Part shown: positions 49,509-59,891 of the stretch, piece by piece
How positions within the stretch are numbered: the stretch's first letter is position 1
Layout of the letters: each line of letters begins with the position of its first letter
Assembly: GCA_902517815.1 (NCBI GenBank)
Contig: CABYED010000003.1
Span: 70,048 to 134,047 of the forward strand
Length of the DNA: 64,000 nt
DNA from: an uncultured SAR116 cluster alpha proteobacterium
Lineage (GTDB): Bacteria > Pseudomonadota > Alphaproteobacteria > Puniceispirillales > Marisalimonadaceae
Reading direction: 5' to 3'
Made by a program: the position numbers and the translations under genes
Notes under the pieces: model-generated
The model's input: only the letters and a program-made list of their open reading frames with translations
What the model was told of the DNA's origin: nothing
The model's database searches: none

Positions 49509-51407
49509 ATGTGTGGCATTTCAGGATATTATGATTTTGCAAATAGTATTGTCTCTCTTAATGAATCATTAAATCTTTTACAGCATCGAGGTCCTGATGA
49601 TGGCGGGACATATGTGGATAACTCTTCAAATATTGGCTTGGGGCATAGAAGATTATCCATTATCGATACATCAATATTAGGGCATCAGCCTATGTTAGAT
49701 TCAAAAGAAAAAATTGTTTTAGTATTTAATGGTGAAATTTATAACTTTAAGGAATTGAAAATTGACCTAATAAAAGAAGGTTTTAATTTCAAAGGTAATT
49801 CTGATTCTGAGGTTTTATTAAATTTATATATTTCTAAAGGGATTAAGATGCTATCCCAGTTAAATGGTATCTTTTCTTTTGCCATTTGGGATAAAAATAT
49901 AGAACAGTTATTCTTGGCCCGTGACTCTTTTGGTGTCAAACCTCTATATTACTCTGTTTCGGAGAATAGCTTTTGCTTTTCAAGCGAAATTAAGTCACTA
50001 TTACCTTTGATGCCAGTTGTTATTGATCAAACTGTTGATGCTGTATCTATTGCCAAGTATCTTTCATTTTTATGGTGCCCAGGGAGCGGTACACCTCTAA
50101 ATTCTGTAAAAAAACTACCACCAGGTGAGGCAATGATTGTAAAAAATGGATACATTGTTAATAAATGGTCATGGTTCCGCCTTCCAGTCTTTAGTCAAAG
50201 CCAAAAGCAATTTAACAAAGAACAATCAATTTCAGGTGTTAGGAGGCATCTAAGACAAGCAGTCCATCGACAAATGGTGTCAGATGTACCGGTAGGAGCG
50301 TTTCTTTCAGGTGGATTAGATTCCAGCTCAATTGTAGCATTTGCAAAAGAATTGGCTCCAGATATAAGATGTTTTTCAATTGATACACGCGGAAAAAATG
50401 ACAATGGTTTTGTTGATGACTTGCCTTATGCTAAATTAGCAGCAAAATTTCTAAAAGTTCCATTAGATATTGTAACTATAGATTCTCATAATATGGCTAA
50501 CGATATTGAAAAAATGATTTTTCAGCTTGATGAACCCTTAGCGGATCCTGCAGCACTAAATGTTCTCTATATTAGTCAGTTAGCAAGAAAACAAGGTATT
50601 AAAGTATTGCTTTCTGGAGCAGGTGGAGATGACTTGTTTACTGGATATCGTCGACATTACGCACTTGAAATAGAGAAATATTGGAATTGGATACCAAAAA
50701 GTGTTCTTCTAAGTTTTGAAACATTAACTGGGTATTTAAATACTAGTAACCATATAAAACGCCGTATCATTAAACTATTTTCTGGAGCAAACCTCTCAAA
50801 AGAAGATAGAATTATTAATTATTTGAGATGGACAGATAACACAATATTAGAGTCTTTGTTTATTCCAGAATTACGGAGTAAGATTAAGTGTAATAATCCA
50901 AATACTGTCATGTATAATTTTATAGAGCCTCTCATTAATAATAAAACAAAATTAGACTGTATGCTTGCATTAGAGCAAAGATATTTTTTAACCGATCACA
51001 ATCTAAATTATACTGATAAAATGTCCATGGCAGTTGGTGTAGAGGCAAGGGTTCCTTTTTTAGATAAAAATTTAGTTGAATTTGCATCAAAAATACCAAA
51101 CAAATATAAGCAAAATGTTAGTGTAGGAAAATGGGTGCTAAAAAAGGCAATGGAACCATATCTTCCTAAAGAGATAATTTATAGACCAAAAACTGGCTTT
51201 GGAGTTCCGTTAAGGAGTTGGATAAAGTATGAACTTAGAGAAATTATAGGTGATTTACTATCAGTAGATAGTTTAAGAAAAAGAGGATTATTTGATCCTA
51301 ATGCTGTAAATTCTCTAATTTCAGATAACAAATTGGGAAAAATTGATGCTAGTTATACTATTTTTTCCCTACTTTGTATAGAAATTTGGTGTCGTAAGTT
51401 CTTATGA
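49509..51407 (+). CDS. asnB: AsnB-type glutamine amidotransferase (sugar amidation)
   Basis: MCGI, HRGPD, GHRRLSIID, FNGEIYN, LSGGLDSS, SGAGGDDLF, EARVPFLD. Confidence 0.9.
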   Translation: MCGISGYYDFANSIVSLNESLNLLQHRGPDDGGTYVDNSSNIGLGHRRLSIIDTSILGHQPMLDSKEKIVLVFNGEIYNFKELKIDLIKEGFNFKGNSDSEVLLNLYISKGIKMLSQLNGIFSFAIWDKNIEQLFLARDSFGVKPLYYSVSENSFCFSSEIKSLLPLMPVVIDQTVDAVSIAKYLSFLWCPGSGTPLNSVKKLPPGEAMIVKNGYIVNKWSWFRLPVFSQSQKQFNKEQSISGVRRHLRQAVHRQMVSDVPVGAFLSGGLDSSSIVAFAKELAPDIRCFSIDTRGKNDNGFVDDLPYAKLAAKFLKVPLDIVTIDSHNMANDIEKMIFQLDEPLADPAALNVLYISQLARKQGIKVLLSGAGGDDLFTGYRRHYALEIEKYWNWIPKSVLLSFETLTGYLNTSNHIKRRIIKLFSGANLSKEDRIINYLRWTDNTILESLFIPELRSKIKCNNPNTVMYNFIEPLINNKTKLDCMLALEQRYFLTDHNLNYTDKMSMAVGVEARVPFLDKNLVEFASKIPNKYKQNVSVGKWVLKKAMEPYLPKEIIYRPKTGFGVPLRSWIKYELREIIGDLLSVDSLRKRGLFDPNAVNSLISDNKLGKIDASYTIFSLLCIEIWCRKFL

Positions 51408-52675
51408 TTAATAAAATTTTTTCTTCTTCAACTAATAAGAACATTAAAGTAACAAATATTGCTGCGTTTAATTTTTTTAAAAAGCAAATATCATTTATAT
51501 CACTGATAATATTTTTACCCTTATTTATATCTATTTCCCTTGAAACAAATAATTTGATTTCTTTAGATCGCAGTGTATGGCTACCAGGAGAATTTCTAGG
51601 CACTGCAGGAAATAGGCATGCTTCTCTAGACATGACGCCATATTTAGTTAGTTTCCCCTTGTCTCTAATATTAGTGTTTCTTTTTGCAATAAAGTATTTC
51701 TCAAAAATTATAGTTAATAAATCGTATCAACTAACAATAGGTTGGATTTTATTTATATTAATTATTAACTTTATTTTCGGAAATATTAGTGAAATGTTTA
51801 TTAAAATTATAGGAGCAATGGTTATATTTTCTACTTCGATTTTGGTGTTTGATGAGTACTTTTCAAGATTGAATTCTTCTACAAATAGTACTAAAGAAAA
51901 AATTCATCTCGAAGATTTTTATATTTTAAAACCTTTTTTCCTTATTGCTTTCATTTTGTTACTTAGTCATATTATTTATGGGGATGATACCTTAATTATA
52001 CCTTGGTTAAAGATTTATAGTTTTGATCAATATTTGACATATAGTTTATTTATTTTTATAGGCGTTTTGTTCAGAAAAAAATGGCAATTAATTTTCTCTT
52101 TTTCTTTAGTAGCATTTTTTGCGCATGCTTCTATGAGCGATGGTATTAAAATTATGCTTATATTTTTATTTATTGGTTATTTGATATATGTTTCAAATTT
52201 CAATTGGCTAAAAAAATATAGTTTTAACATTATAAAATTTGCGATTTTTTGTATTATTTTATACCAATTTCTTTGTTATTATTTACCGAGTGCAAAAGAT
52301 TTTGCACCTTATGGTTTATCATTGCGAATGGATCGGATATTCGTATTTTACAATACTGTCAGCTTAAGTGATCTTTTTATTCCTTTGCATTCTGATCCTA
52401 AGATAATCGATTATCTTCACAATGAAGTTCTTACAATTTTATCTGTCGTTGGTTTTTTTGGTGTTTTTTTGTATTATAGGACTTTATACAAAAAAATTAA
52501 AATTATATTAGTTAAAAACACTGGCGTTGCTATGTCACTATCTATTGTAGTTATTATTGGTAGTGTATTAGTGTTACCAACACTTTTCCCATCCACAGGA
52601 ATCTTAATCGCCTATCTGGTTTCATTTTATTCTACTATTGGAAATAATTTGATTGAGACTGATAAAAAATTTTGA
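51404..52675 (+). CDS. Multi-TM membrane protein, Wzy-like
   Basis: 423 aa, many TMs, LHNEVL motif near the C-terminus; overlaps the asnB stop. Confidence 0.55.
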   Translation: MINKIFSSSTNKNIKVTNIAAFNFFKKQISFISLIIFLPLFISISLETNNLISLDRSVWLPGEFLGTAGNRHASLDMTPYLVSFPLSLILVFLFAIKYFSKIIVNKSYQLTIGWILFILIINFIFGNISEMFIKIIGAMVIFSTSILVFDEYFSRLNSSTNSTKEKIHLEDFYILKPFFLIAFILLLSHIIYGDDTLIIPWLKIYSFDQYLTYSLFIFIGVLFRKKWQLIFSFSLVAFFAHASMSDGIKIMLIFLFIGYLIYVSNFNWLKKYSFNIIKFAIFCIILYQFLCYYLPSAKDFAPYGLSLRMDRIFVFYNTVSLSDLFIPLHSDPKIIDYLHNEVLTILSVVGFFGVFLYYRTLYKKIKIILVKNTGVAMSLSIVVIIGSVLVLPTLFPSTGILIAYLVSFYSTIGNNLIETDKKF

Positions 52676-52844
52676 AATTATTTTTAAAATTTTTTAACTT
52701 TCTTTTTGTATTGTTAATGACATATACAAAATTATAATTTAATTGCTATTGTAGAAAAATCATTTATTTATTGAGGAATTTGAATAACACTAAAATATGA
52801 TATTAAATTTTATACATTTTAATTAACAGCTTGAGTCTTTCTAA

Positions 52845-53981
52845 ATGAACAATTACCAAATATGCAAGAGTTGTGTTATGGACACAACAGATCCTTTAAT
52901 AAAATTTGATAATAATGGTATTTGCAATTATTGTTTAAATTTTGAAAAAAACATAGTACCTTCTTGGAATTTTGGAATATCTTGTGAAGAAAAGCTTCAT
53001 AAATTATCAAAAGATATTTCAAGTAATCAAAATGGTGAATTCAACTGCATAATAGGTTTAAGTGGTGGAACAGATAGTTCTTATGTAGCCTATGTTGCTA
53101 AAGAGAAGATGGGATTGAGACCTTTACTATTTCATGTAGACGCAGGCTGGAACTCAGATCAAGCTGTTGGAAATATAGAAAAAATTGTAGGAGGTCTTGG
53201 GTTAGATCTTTACACTGAAGTAATTAATTGGGATTCAATGAGACGAATGCAAGTAGCTTTTTTGAAGGCTGGAATACCTGATCAAGACTTAGTTCAAGAT
53301 GCAGTATTTTTTTCTTGTTTATATAAGTTTGCGAGGAAATATAAGGTTAAGCATATTATCACAGGTTATAATTACTCAACTGAATGTTGTAGAGAACCTG
53401 AAGAGTGGGGGGGATATGTTGGTATAGACACTACATTATTTATGGATATCTGGAAAAAACATGGGGATGGAAAACCCATTGATGATTTTCCTTTAGTTGA
53501 CATATTTAGATATAAAATATGGTATCAAAGAATTTTGGGTCTTAAAGTTCATTATCCTCTAAATATGGTACCTTATATTAAAAAAAATGCGGAAAAGGAG
53601 CTTAATTCATTGTTTGGCTGGTTGCCATTCCAACACAAACATCATGAATCAAGGTTTACTCGATTTAACGAAGATTTTTGGTTATCTAAACGTTTTGGCT
53701 TTGAGAAACGTCGTTCTCATTTTTCAAGTTTGATAATGACTAAACAGATGAAGCGTCAGGACGCTATTGATCGACTAAAAAAACCAGAAATGGATGAACA
53801 TCTAACCTTAAGAGAATTTGATTACGTAGCAAACAAACTTGAATTAACTACTGATGAGTTAAATAAATTATTTGAATTACCTAAAAAAACATATCACGCT
53901 TTTAAAAATAAAAGAAATTTGATCAGTCTAGGGGCTCGTATTAGTAGAAAATTAGGTATTGAAAAAAGGTATTTTAGATGA
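52845..53981 (+). CDS. N-acetyl sugar amidotransferase (WbuX/WbpG/PseA-like)
   Basis: CKSCVMDT, CNYC, GLSGGTDSS PP-loop, VDAGWN, KHHES. Confidence 0.85.
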   Translation: MNNYQICKSCVMDTTDPLIKFDNNGICNYCLNFEKNIVPSWNFGISCEEKLHKLSKDISSNQNGEFNCIIGLSGGTDSSYVAYVAKEKMGLRPLLFHVDAGWNSDQAVGNIEKIVGGLGLDLYTEVINWDSMRRMQVAFLKAGIPDQDLVQDAVFFSCLYKFARKYKVKHIITGYNYSTECCREPEEWGGYVGIDTTLFMDIWKKHGDGKPIDDFPLVDIFRYKIWYQRILGLKVHYPLNMVPYIKKNAEKELNSLFGWLPFQHKHHESRFTRFNEDFWLSKRFGFEKRRSHFSSLIMTKQMKRQDAIDRLKKPEMDEHLTLREFDYVANKLELTTDELNKLFELPKKTYHAFKNKRNLISLGARISRKLGIEKRYFR

Positions 53982-54595
53982 TTGCCATTATTGATTATGG
54001 TGTTGGTAATGTGCAGGCGTTTTTAAATTTATATAAATTTTTAGGTTTCAAAGCGTACAGAGCATCAAATTCAAAGGATCTTAATATAGCTCAAAGGATC
54101 GTTTTACCGGGTGTGGGACATTTTGATCATGCAATGAACAAATTAGTATCTTCTGGAATGATAACAAAACTAGAAGAGTTAGTAATGTCTAAAAAATTAC
54201 CCATTATTGGAATTTGTGTAGGTATGCAAATGCTTGCTGAAAGTTCTGAAGAAGGTGATTCACCTGGTTTAAATTGGTTGCCTGGAAAAGTGCGTGCATT
54301 TAATAATTACAATAAATCTTTTAATTTACCAACTCCGCACATGGGTTGGAATAACTTGATTCCAAATTCAAATAGCAGATTATTTTCAAAAGGTTTTGAA
54401 AATGGAGCACAATTTTATTTTTTACATTCATTTTTTTTTGATTGCACTGATAAAGAAAATGTGGTTGCAAAAGCGAATTATGGATTTGACTTTGATGCTG
54501 TAGTTTCTTGTGACAATGTTCATGGAATACAATGTCATCCAGAAAAGAGTCATCATTGGGGATTTCAATTATTAAAAAATTTCGCTGAGATTTAA
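53978..54595 (+). CDS. HisH-like glutamine amidotransferase subunit (WbuY-like)
   Basis: DYGVGN, LPGVG, GICVGMQ, PHMGWN, HPEKS. Confidence 0.9.
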   Translation: MIAIIDYGVGNVQAFLNLYKFLGFKAYRASNSKDLNIAQRIVLPGVGHFDHAMNKLVSSGMITKLEELVMSKKLPIIGICVGMQMLAESSEEGDSPGLNWLPGKVRAFNNYNKSFNLPTPHMGWNNLIPNSNSRLFSKGFENGAQFYFLHSFFFDCTDKENVVAKANYGFDFDAVVSCDNVHGIQCHPEKSHHWGFQLLKNFAEI

Positions 54596-54597
54596 TT

Positions 54598-55410
54598 TTG
54601 TTACGTCCTAGAATAATACCATGTCTACTTGTTCACAAAGGTGGTTTGATTAAAACTAGAGGTTTTAAAGACCCCAAATATGTTGGTGACCCAATAAATG
54701 CTATAAGAATTTTTAGTGAAAAAGAAGCTGATGAATTGATGGTTTTTGATATAGAAGCGACTATAAATAAATCTACCCCAAATTTTAATCTCATAAATAA
54801 GTTAGCATCTGAATGTAGAATGCCTCTTTGTTATGGTGGAGGTATTACTTCTTCAGATCAAGCGATTAAAATAATAGATCAAGGTGTTGAAAAAGTTGCA
54901 ATAAGTGCTGCAGCAATTAAAAATCCTTCTATATTGTCAGAAATTGCGAATTCAGTTGGATGCCAATCTGTAGTTGCAATCATAGACCTTAAGAAAAAGA
55001 AAAGTATATTTGGTGATAAATATGAGGTTTATTCTCATAACGGATTGGTTAAACACTCTATAGATCCATTTGCATTAACAAAAGAATTTGAAAATGCTGG
55101 TGCAGGTGAAGTTGTTATAAATTTCATTGACAAAGATGGTTTAATGGAGGGGTATGATATAGATATGGCTATTAATTTCAAAAAAAAAATAAATATCCCT
55201 TTGACTATTTTAGGTGGTGCAGGCTCCCTTGAACATATTGCTGAATTAATAAGAAATGTCGGAATTATAGGTGTTGCTTGTGGAAGTTTATTTGTATTTA
55301 AAGGAAAATATCGAGCTGTTCTTATAAACTATCCAACACGTGAACAAAAAATTAAACTCTGTGAAAAAGCTCTAGACTTTTATTTTTCTGAAAGGCAAAA
55401 TCATGTTTAA
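54598..55410 (+). CDS. HisF-like cyclase subunit (WbuZ/AglZ-like)
   Basis: RIIPCLL, YVGDPINA, YGGG, DG...GYD, AVLINYP. Confidence 0.9.
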   Translation: MLRPRIIPCLLVHKGGLIKTRGFKDPKYVGDPINAIRIFSEKEADELMVFDIEATINKSTPNFNLINKLASECRMPLCYGGGITSSDQAIKIIDQGVEKVAISAAAIKNPSILSEIANSVGCQSVVAIIDLKKKKSIFGDKYEVYSHNGLVKHSIDPFALTKEFENAGAGEVVINFIDKDGLMEGYDIDMAINFKKKINIPLTILGGAGSLEHIAELIRNVGIIGVACGSLFVFKGKYRAVLINYPTREQKIKLCEKALDFYFSERQNHV

Positions 55411-55521
55411 AAAGCATTTTCATGTTCCCCGTGTTAAGCGTCAATTATCTAAAAAAATATGTTTAGATTTTCTGGCGTTTTGGTTCAATATAATAAATTA
55501 TAAAAACATGAGCGATTTCTC

Positions 55522-56703
55522 TTGAAAATATTATTTTTAAGTTTTTATTACCCACCTGATTTGTCTGCAGGTTCCTTCCGTGTATCTAGCCTTGTTAAAT
55601 CCTTGTTGATAGGTTGGCCGGAAACGGTTGAAATCGAAGTAATTACCACACAGCCAAATCGATACAAAAGTATCGCAAAAGAAGCGCCTACGGTTCAGAA
55701 GCATAAAGGGCTTTTAATCAGGCGAATTAGAACAAATCAGCATAATAGTAGTTTTCTAGGCCAATCAATAGCCTTTGTAGCTTATTTAAAGGGTGTTTTA
55801 AAAGCCATAAATGGTAACGATTATGACCTAATTTTTGCTACGTCAGGCCGTTTGATGACGGCTTTCCTGGGTGCTTATATTTCTAGGAAGTTGAAAAAAC
55901 CCTTATATTTGGATATTCGTGATATTTTTACGGACACAATTGGGGATGTGCTTCCTTTCAAATTTGGAAAGCTACTAAAGCCAATTTTTCTTGCTCTGGA
56001 ACATTATACCATAAATGCTAGTAGTAAAGTCAACCTAGTTTCAGCTGGATTTCTTTTATATTTTAAAAAATGTTATCCCAATAAGGAATTTCACTTATTT
56101 ACTAATGGTATCGACAATCAATTTTTAAAAGCACAAACAATAAAAATTATCAAAAAAAAATCAAAGGAATTAACAGTTTTGTATGCTGGAAATATTGGAG
56201 AAGGTCAAGGTCTTCATAAAATTATACCCAAGTTAGCAAAAAAAACACAAGGTAAATTAATTTTTAAAATTATTGGTGATGGTAGTCGTGTAAGTAAATT
56301 GTTATCTGCTGTGAGTTCCTTAGGATGTAAAAATGTTGTTTATTTGCCGCCAGTAAAGCGTGATGCTTTAATTAAGATTTATAAATCTGCAGATATTTTA
56401 TTTCTTCATCTGAATGATTTTAACGCTTTTAAAAAAGTGTTACCCTCTAAGCTTTTTGAATATGCTGTTACCGGCAAGCCTATTTGGGCCGGTATTTCTG
56501 GCTATGGACGTGATTTCATAACCTCAAAAATTGAAAATGCAGCTGTATTTTTACCATGTAATATAGACTCTGCCTTATTAAACTTAAAAAAATTGGACAT
56601 AAAAACGATCCCGCGCACAAAATTCGCAGACGAGTTTGCCCGTGACAAAATTATGAAAAATATGGCTAAAGAGATTGTGCGTCTGGGTCAAAATGATCAA
56701 TAA
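55522..56703 (+). CDS. GT4 glycosyltransferase (WbuB-like)
   Basis: FYYPPDLSAGSFR, DIRDIF, YAGNIGEGQG, PSKLFEY. Confidence 0.85.
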   Translation: MKILFLSFYYPPDLSAGSFRVSSLVKSLLIGWPETVEIEVITTQPNRYKSIAKEAPTVQKHKGLLIRRIRTNQHNSSFLGQSIAFVAYLKGVLKAINGNDYDLIFATSGRLMTAFLGAYISRKLKKPLYLDIRDIFTDTIGDVLPFKFGKLLKPIFLALEHYTINASSKVNLVSAGFLLYFKKCYPNKEFHLFTNGIDNQFLKAQTIKIIKKKSKELTVLYAGNIGEGQGLHKIIPKLAKKTQGKLIFKIIGDGSRVSKLLSAVSSLGCKNVVYLPPVKRDALIKIYKSADILFLHLNDFNAFKKVLPSKLFEYAVTGKPIWAGISGYGRDFITSKIENAAVFLPCNIDSALLNLKKLDIKTIPRTKFADEFARDKIMKNMAKEIVRLGQNDQ

Positions 56704-56754
56704 TAATCCTTTATTTAATTTTAACTTAAAATTTTTTTTGCATAAATTCTAAAA

Positions 56755-57993
56755 ATGGTATCTGTCGAAAGAAAAGCTATTTATCTATATATTATCTCTG
56801 GATTATTTAGATTTGTTATTTCATTCATGACATTTTATATTATTTTAAAGTCGCTGAGTACGTTTGAATATGCTCAATATGGTTTACTAGTATCTTTATC
56901 TGCAATTTTCACTGTGGTGTTAATAGTTAATACAGATTCAGCATTTCAGAAGTTATACTCTAAAAGAAGTTTATATAAAAATGTTAATGGGAGTTTAGTA
57001 TTATTATATACTATATTAGGGTTAACATTTTTATTAATTATAGTGATAATTAAATATATCATGTCGACATTTTTTGCAGATTCGCAAATTGCAAAAGTTT
57101 TAGATAATAATTATATTTTCTTATTTTTTTTATTACATGCAATAAGTATAATGGGTATGTCCTTGGTAAATGCCTTAAAGCGTAGTTTAGACTTCGCTTA
57201 TCTCACAAGCGTGCCAAGCGTTCTAATTTTATTAGGAATTGTTAATAGTCCAGTTGTTACGCTTGCAAATATAATATTAATATTATGTGTTAGTCATGGC
57301 CTGACTTTTTTTTTATATATCATATACAATATAGGAGGTATTTTAAAAATAAAAATCTCTTTCAAAAAATCTCTTCGTTTGATTAAATATATAATTGCAT
57401 ATTGCAGGTATTCTATTTTAACCATTTTATCGAAAAATTTTCTAGACCTTACTCTGAGAACATTACTAATGGAACGATTTGGGTATATTTCGCTTGCCTC
57501 TTATAACCTAGCTTCTACATTCATGGGTGTTTTTAAAGAAATAGCAGAAAATGTTATGATGGCTATAACACCATATTTTTTAGAATCTAAGAGTGATCAA
57601 AAACAAAAAATTAGAAACGCAATTATTACAATGCGTCTTCAGATAGGAATATTATTAATTATTCTTTCAACAGCCATCTTCTGGTATGACCTTTTAAGTT
57701 TCATCTTTCCAGACAAAGAGAAAGAGATATTTGATGTTAAGTATTTGCTTTATGCCGGAAGTATAATTTTAATATCCTACTACGAGAATTACATAATTAT
57801 GTTTTTAAAGCAAAGTTGGATAACAATTTCAAAGTTATATATCATAACATTTATCTTTAACATGCTTTGTGTAGTTATGGTTTTTCTGTTTGGAATGACA
57901 GTTCATTTGTCATTGATCTTTGTTACAATATGCAGCTTATTAAATTGTTACTTTGTACACAATTTAAAGCGCAAGTACTTTGTCAATTCTTAA
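56755..57993 (+). CDS. Second Wzx-like flippase
   Basis: 412 aa multi-TM, LSTFEYAQYG and YNLA patterns. Confidence 0.6.
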   Translation: MVSVERKAIYLYIISGLFRFVISFMTFYIILKSLSTFEYAQYGLLVSLSAIFTVVLIVNTDSAFQKLYSKRSLYKNVNGSLVLLYTILGLTFLLIIVIIKYIMSTFFADSQIAKVLDNNYIFLFFLLHAISIMGMSLVNALKRSLDFAYLTSVPSVLILLGIVNSPVVTLANIILILCVSHGLTFFLYIIYNIGGILKIKISFKKSLRLIKYIIAYCRYSILTILSKNFLDLTLRTLLMERFGYISLASYNLASTFMGVFKEIAENVMMAITPYFLESKSDQKQKIRNAIITMRLQIGILLIILSTAIFWYDLLSFIFPDKEKEIFDVKYLLYAGSIILISYYENYIIMFLKQSWITISKLYIITFIFNMLCVVMVFLFGMTVHLSLIFVTICSLLNCYFVHNLKRKYFVNS

Positions 57994-58080
57994 AGATACT
58001 AATGTATTTAAAAGGCATAAATTTTACTAACAGCTTAAGTACTAAAACATATTTAAGATAATTGACAAATTTTTTGAATT

Positions 58081-58230
58081 AGTGTTATTGGTTAACAAAA
58101 GCTACGTCTTATAAGTTCCTTGAAACAGTTCTTTCAAAGGAAGAGTTGACACGGCACAAGTTAGTAAGATTATGTTGAAATATATATGATTATTGAAGAT
58201 TAAAATATGACAATGTTTTCTATAGGGAAT
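58081..58230 (+). pseudogene. Possible remnant of the C-terminus of an FnlA/WbjB (CapE) dehydratase
   Basis: SVIG ... KFLETVLSKEEL resembles IIGTRHGEKLYETLLSREEM; sits just upstream of the FnlC-like gene; heavily decayed. Confidence 0.4.
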
Positions 58231-58340
58231 AACTTTTTTTGCTAATAATATTATCAAACCCTTTAGAGTATGGCGTAGCTCTTAAGCATCGAGCTGGTAA
58301 AAATACTTTCAAAAAAGGTTTTAATAAGGGGCTTAAGTAA

Positions 58341-59468
58341 ATGTATAAAATAATGACAATTGTTGGCACTCGTCCGGAGCTTATCAAGATGAGTAGACTT
58401 ATAGCACTTTTAGATGAAATTAGTGAACATATTCTTGTACATACGGGACAAAACTATGACTATGAATTAAACCAAGTATTCTTTGAAGACTTAGAAATTA
58501 GAAAGCCAGACTTTTTCTTAAATGTTGCAGATACAAGTCTTGCAAAAACTATAGGTAAAATTATTGAAAAATCTGACGAAGTATTTGAATCACAGCAACC
58601 AGACGCACTTCTTTTATATGGCGACACTAATTCATGCCTTTCGGTAATTGCAGCTAAAAGACGTAAAATTCCAATTTTTCATATGGAAGCTGGAAACAGA
58701 TGTTTTGATCAACGAGTGCCAGAGGAATTAAATCGTAAAGTTGTTGATCACTTAAGTGACGTTAATCTAGTTTTAACTGAGCATGCAAGGAGATATTTAC
58801 TGGCAGAAGGCATTCGTCCACAATATATTTTCAAAACTGGGTCAAATATGTTTGAAGTTTTAAATTATTATAAAAAGAAAATACAAGATTCAAAAATTTT
58901 AGGTAGATTAGACCTAAAATCAAAAAACTATTTCTTAGTTAGTCTTCACAGAGAGGAGAATGTCGATACAAAGGATAATCTAGAGAAATTGACAGCAGCC
59001 TTAAACAGAATTACAGAATTTTGTGCCATTCCTGTTATAGTGTCTATGCACCCACGAACGAAGAAGAGGATAGAGGATTTTAATTTAGGTGACCTGGCAC
59101 CTCAAGTTCAGATTCATCCACCATTTGGTTTTTTTGATTATATCAAGCTCCAGGTTTCCTCGAAGTGTGTTATTTCAGATAGTGGGACTATCTTTGAAGA
59201 AAATTCAATTTTAAATTTTCCAGCAGTTACCATTAGAAATGCTCATGAACGTCCAGAGGGAATGGATGCTAGTTCAGTTATATTAAGTAACCTTGAACCT
59301 AAAAATATTGTACCTGCCGTCAAAGCTGCCATTTTATTCTCAAAAAAAAGATTTACCCATAGGCCTGTTGTTGATTACGAGGCAAAAAATGCCTCAGAAC
59401 ATATTTCTAGAATAATTTTGAGTTATATTAACAATATTAACAGTCAAATTTGGAGAAAAGGTAATTAA
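58341..59468 (+). CDS. UDP-2-acetamido-2,6-dideoxy-L-hexose 2-epimerase (FnlC/WbjD-like)
   Basis: VGTRPELIK, HTGQNYDYELN, HMEAGNRCFDQRVPEE, SDSGT, HERPEG. Confidence 0.9.
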   Translation: MYKIMTIVGTRPELIKMSRLIALLDEISEHILVHTGQNYDYELNQVFFEDLEIRKPDFFLNVADTSLAKTIGKIIEKSDEVFESQQPDALLLYGDTNSCLSVIAAKRRKIPIFHMEAGNRCFDQRVPEELNRKVVDHLSDVNLVLTEHARRYLLAEGIRPQYIFKTGSNMFEVLNYYKKKIQDSKILGRLDLKSKNYFLVSLHREENVDTKDNLEKLTAALNRITEFCAIPVIVSMHPRTKKRIEDFNLGDLAPQVQIHPPFGFFDYIKLQVSSKCVISDSGTIFEENSILNFPAVTIRNAHERPEGMDASSVILSNLEPKNIVPAVKAAILFSKKRFTHRPVVDYEAKNASEHISRIILSYINNINSQIWRKGN

Positions 59469-59539
59469 ATTACCTCTACTAAAACACTTTATAATTACAG
59501 AAACGTTTTTACCAAATAATAACGTAGCACCTGTTTAGT

Positions 59540-59891
59540 TATAAGGTCGGAAAACCTGATATTTTTCTAACTTAGTTAAAAGAACATAATTCCTAACCTT
59601 TATAAAATTTAGATTTCCTATGATGGAAGTTTTAAAAGCTAACATAGAAAAAATTAAATAAAGTGATATTATAGAAACAGAAAGCTTGGACGAAGATACC
59701 TTTATAATGTCTGGGTGATATAAAGATATAATAATTCAATCAATCGAAATGGTCAAAAATGAGCACAGAAAAAAAGATCCACGAAGAAAGCATCAGATTA
59801 TGACGTGGAAAATATCTCAATGAAAATATTAAGAATTATCTTGTCTTATATCGACTATATTAAAAAAATTTTATGGAATAAAGGGATATGA
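59540..59891 (+). pseudogene. Collapsed remnant of a second FnlC/WbjD-like 2-epimerase
   Basis: Fragments KPDIFL, MMEVLKANIEKIK*SDI, ESLDEDTFIMSG and DYDVENISMKILRIILSYIDYIKKILWNKGI*; its TGA overlaps the ATG at 59888. Confidence 0.75.

Noticed and set aside
53978-55410. Histidine biosynthesis hisH/hisF
   Set aside because: Adjacent to an N-acetyl sugar amidotransferase in a glycan locus with no other his genes; these are sugar-modifying paralogues.
55403-55521. ATG overlapping the HisF-like stop (MFKK...), possible start of a lost fnlA
   Set aside because: Similarity limited to a few residues.
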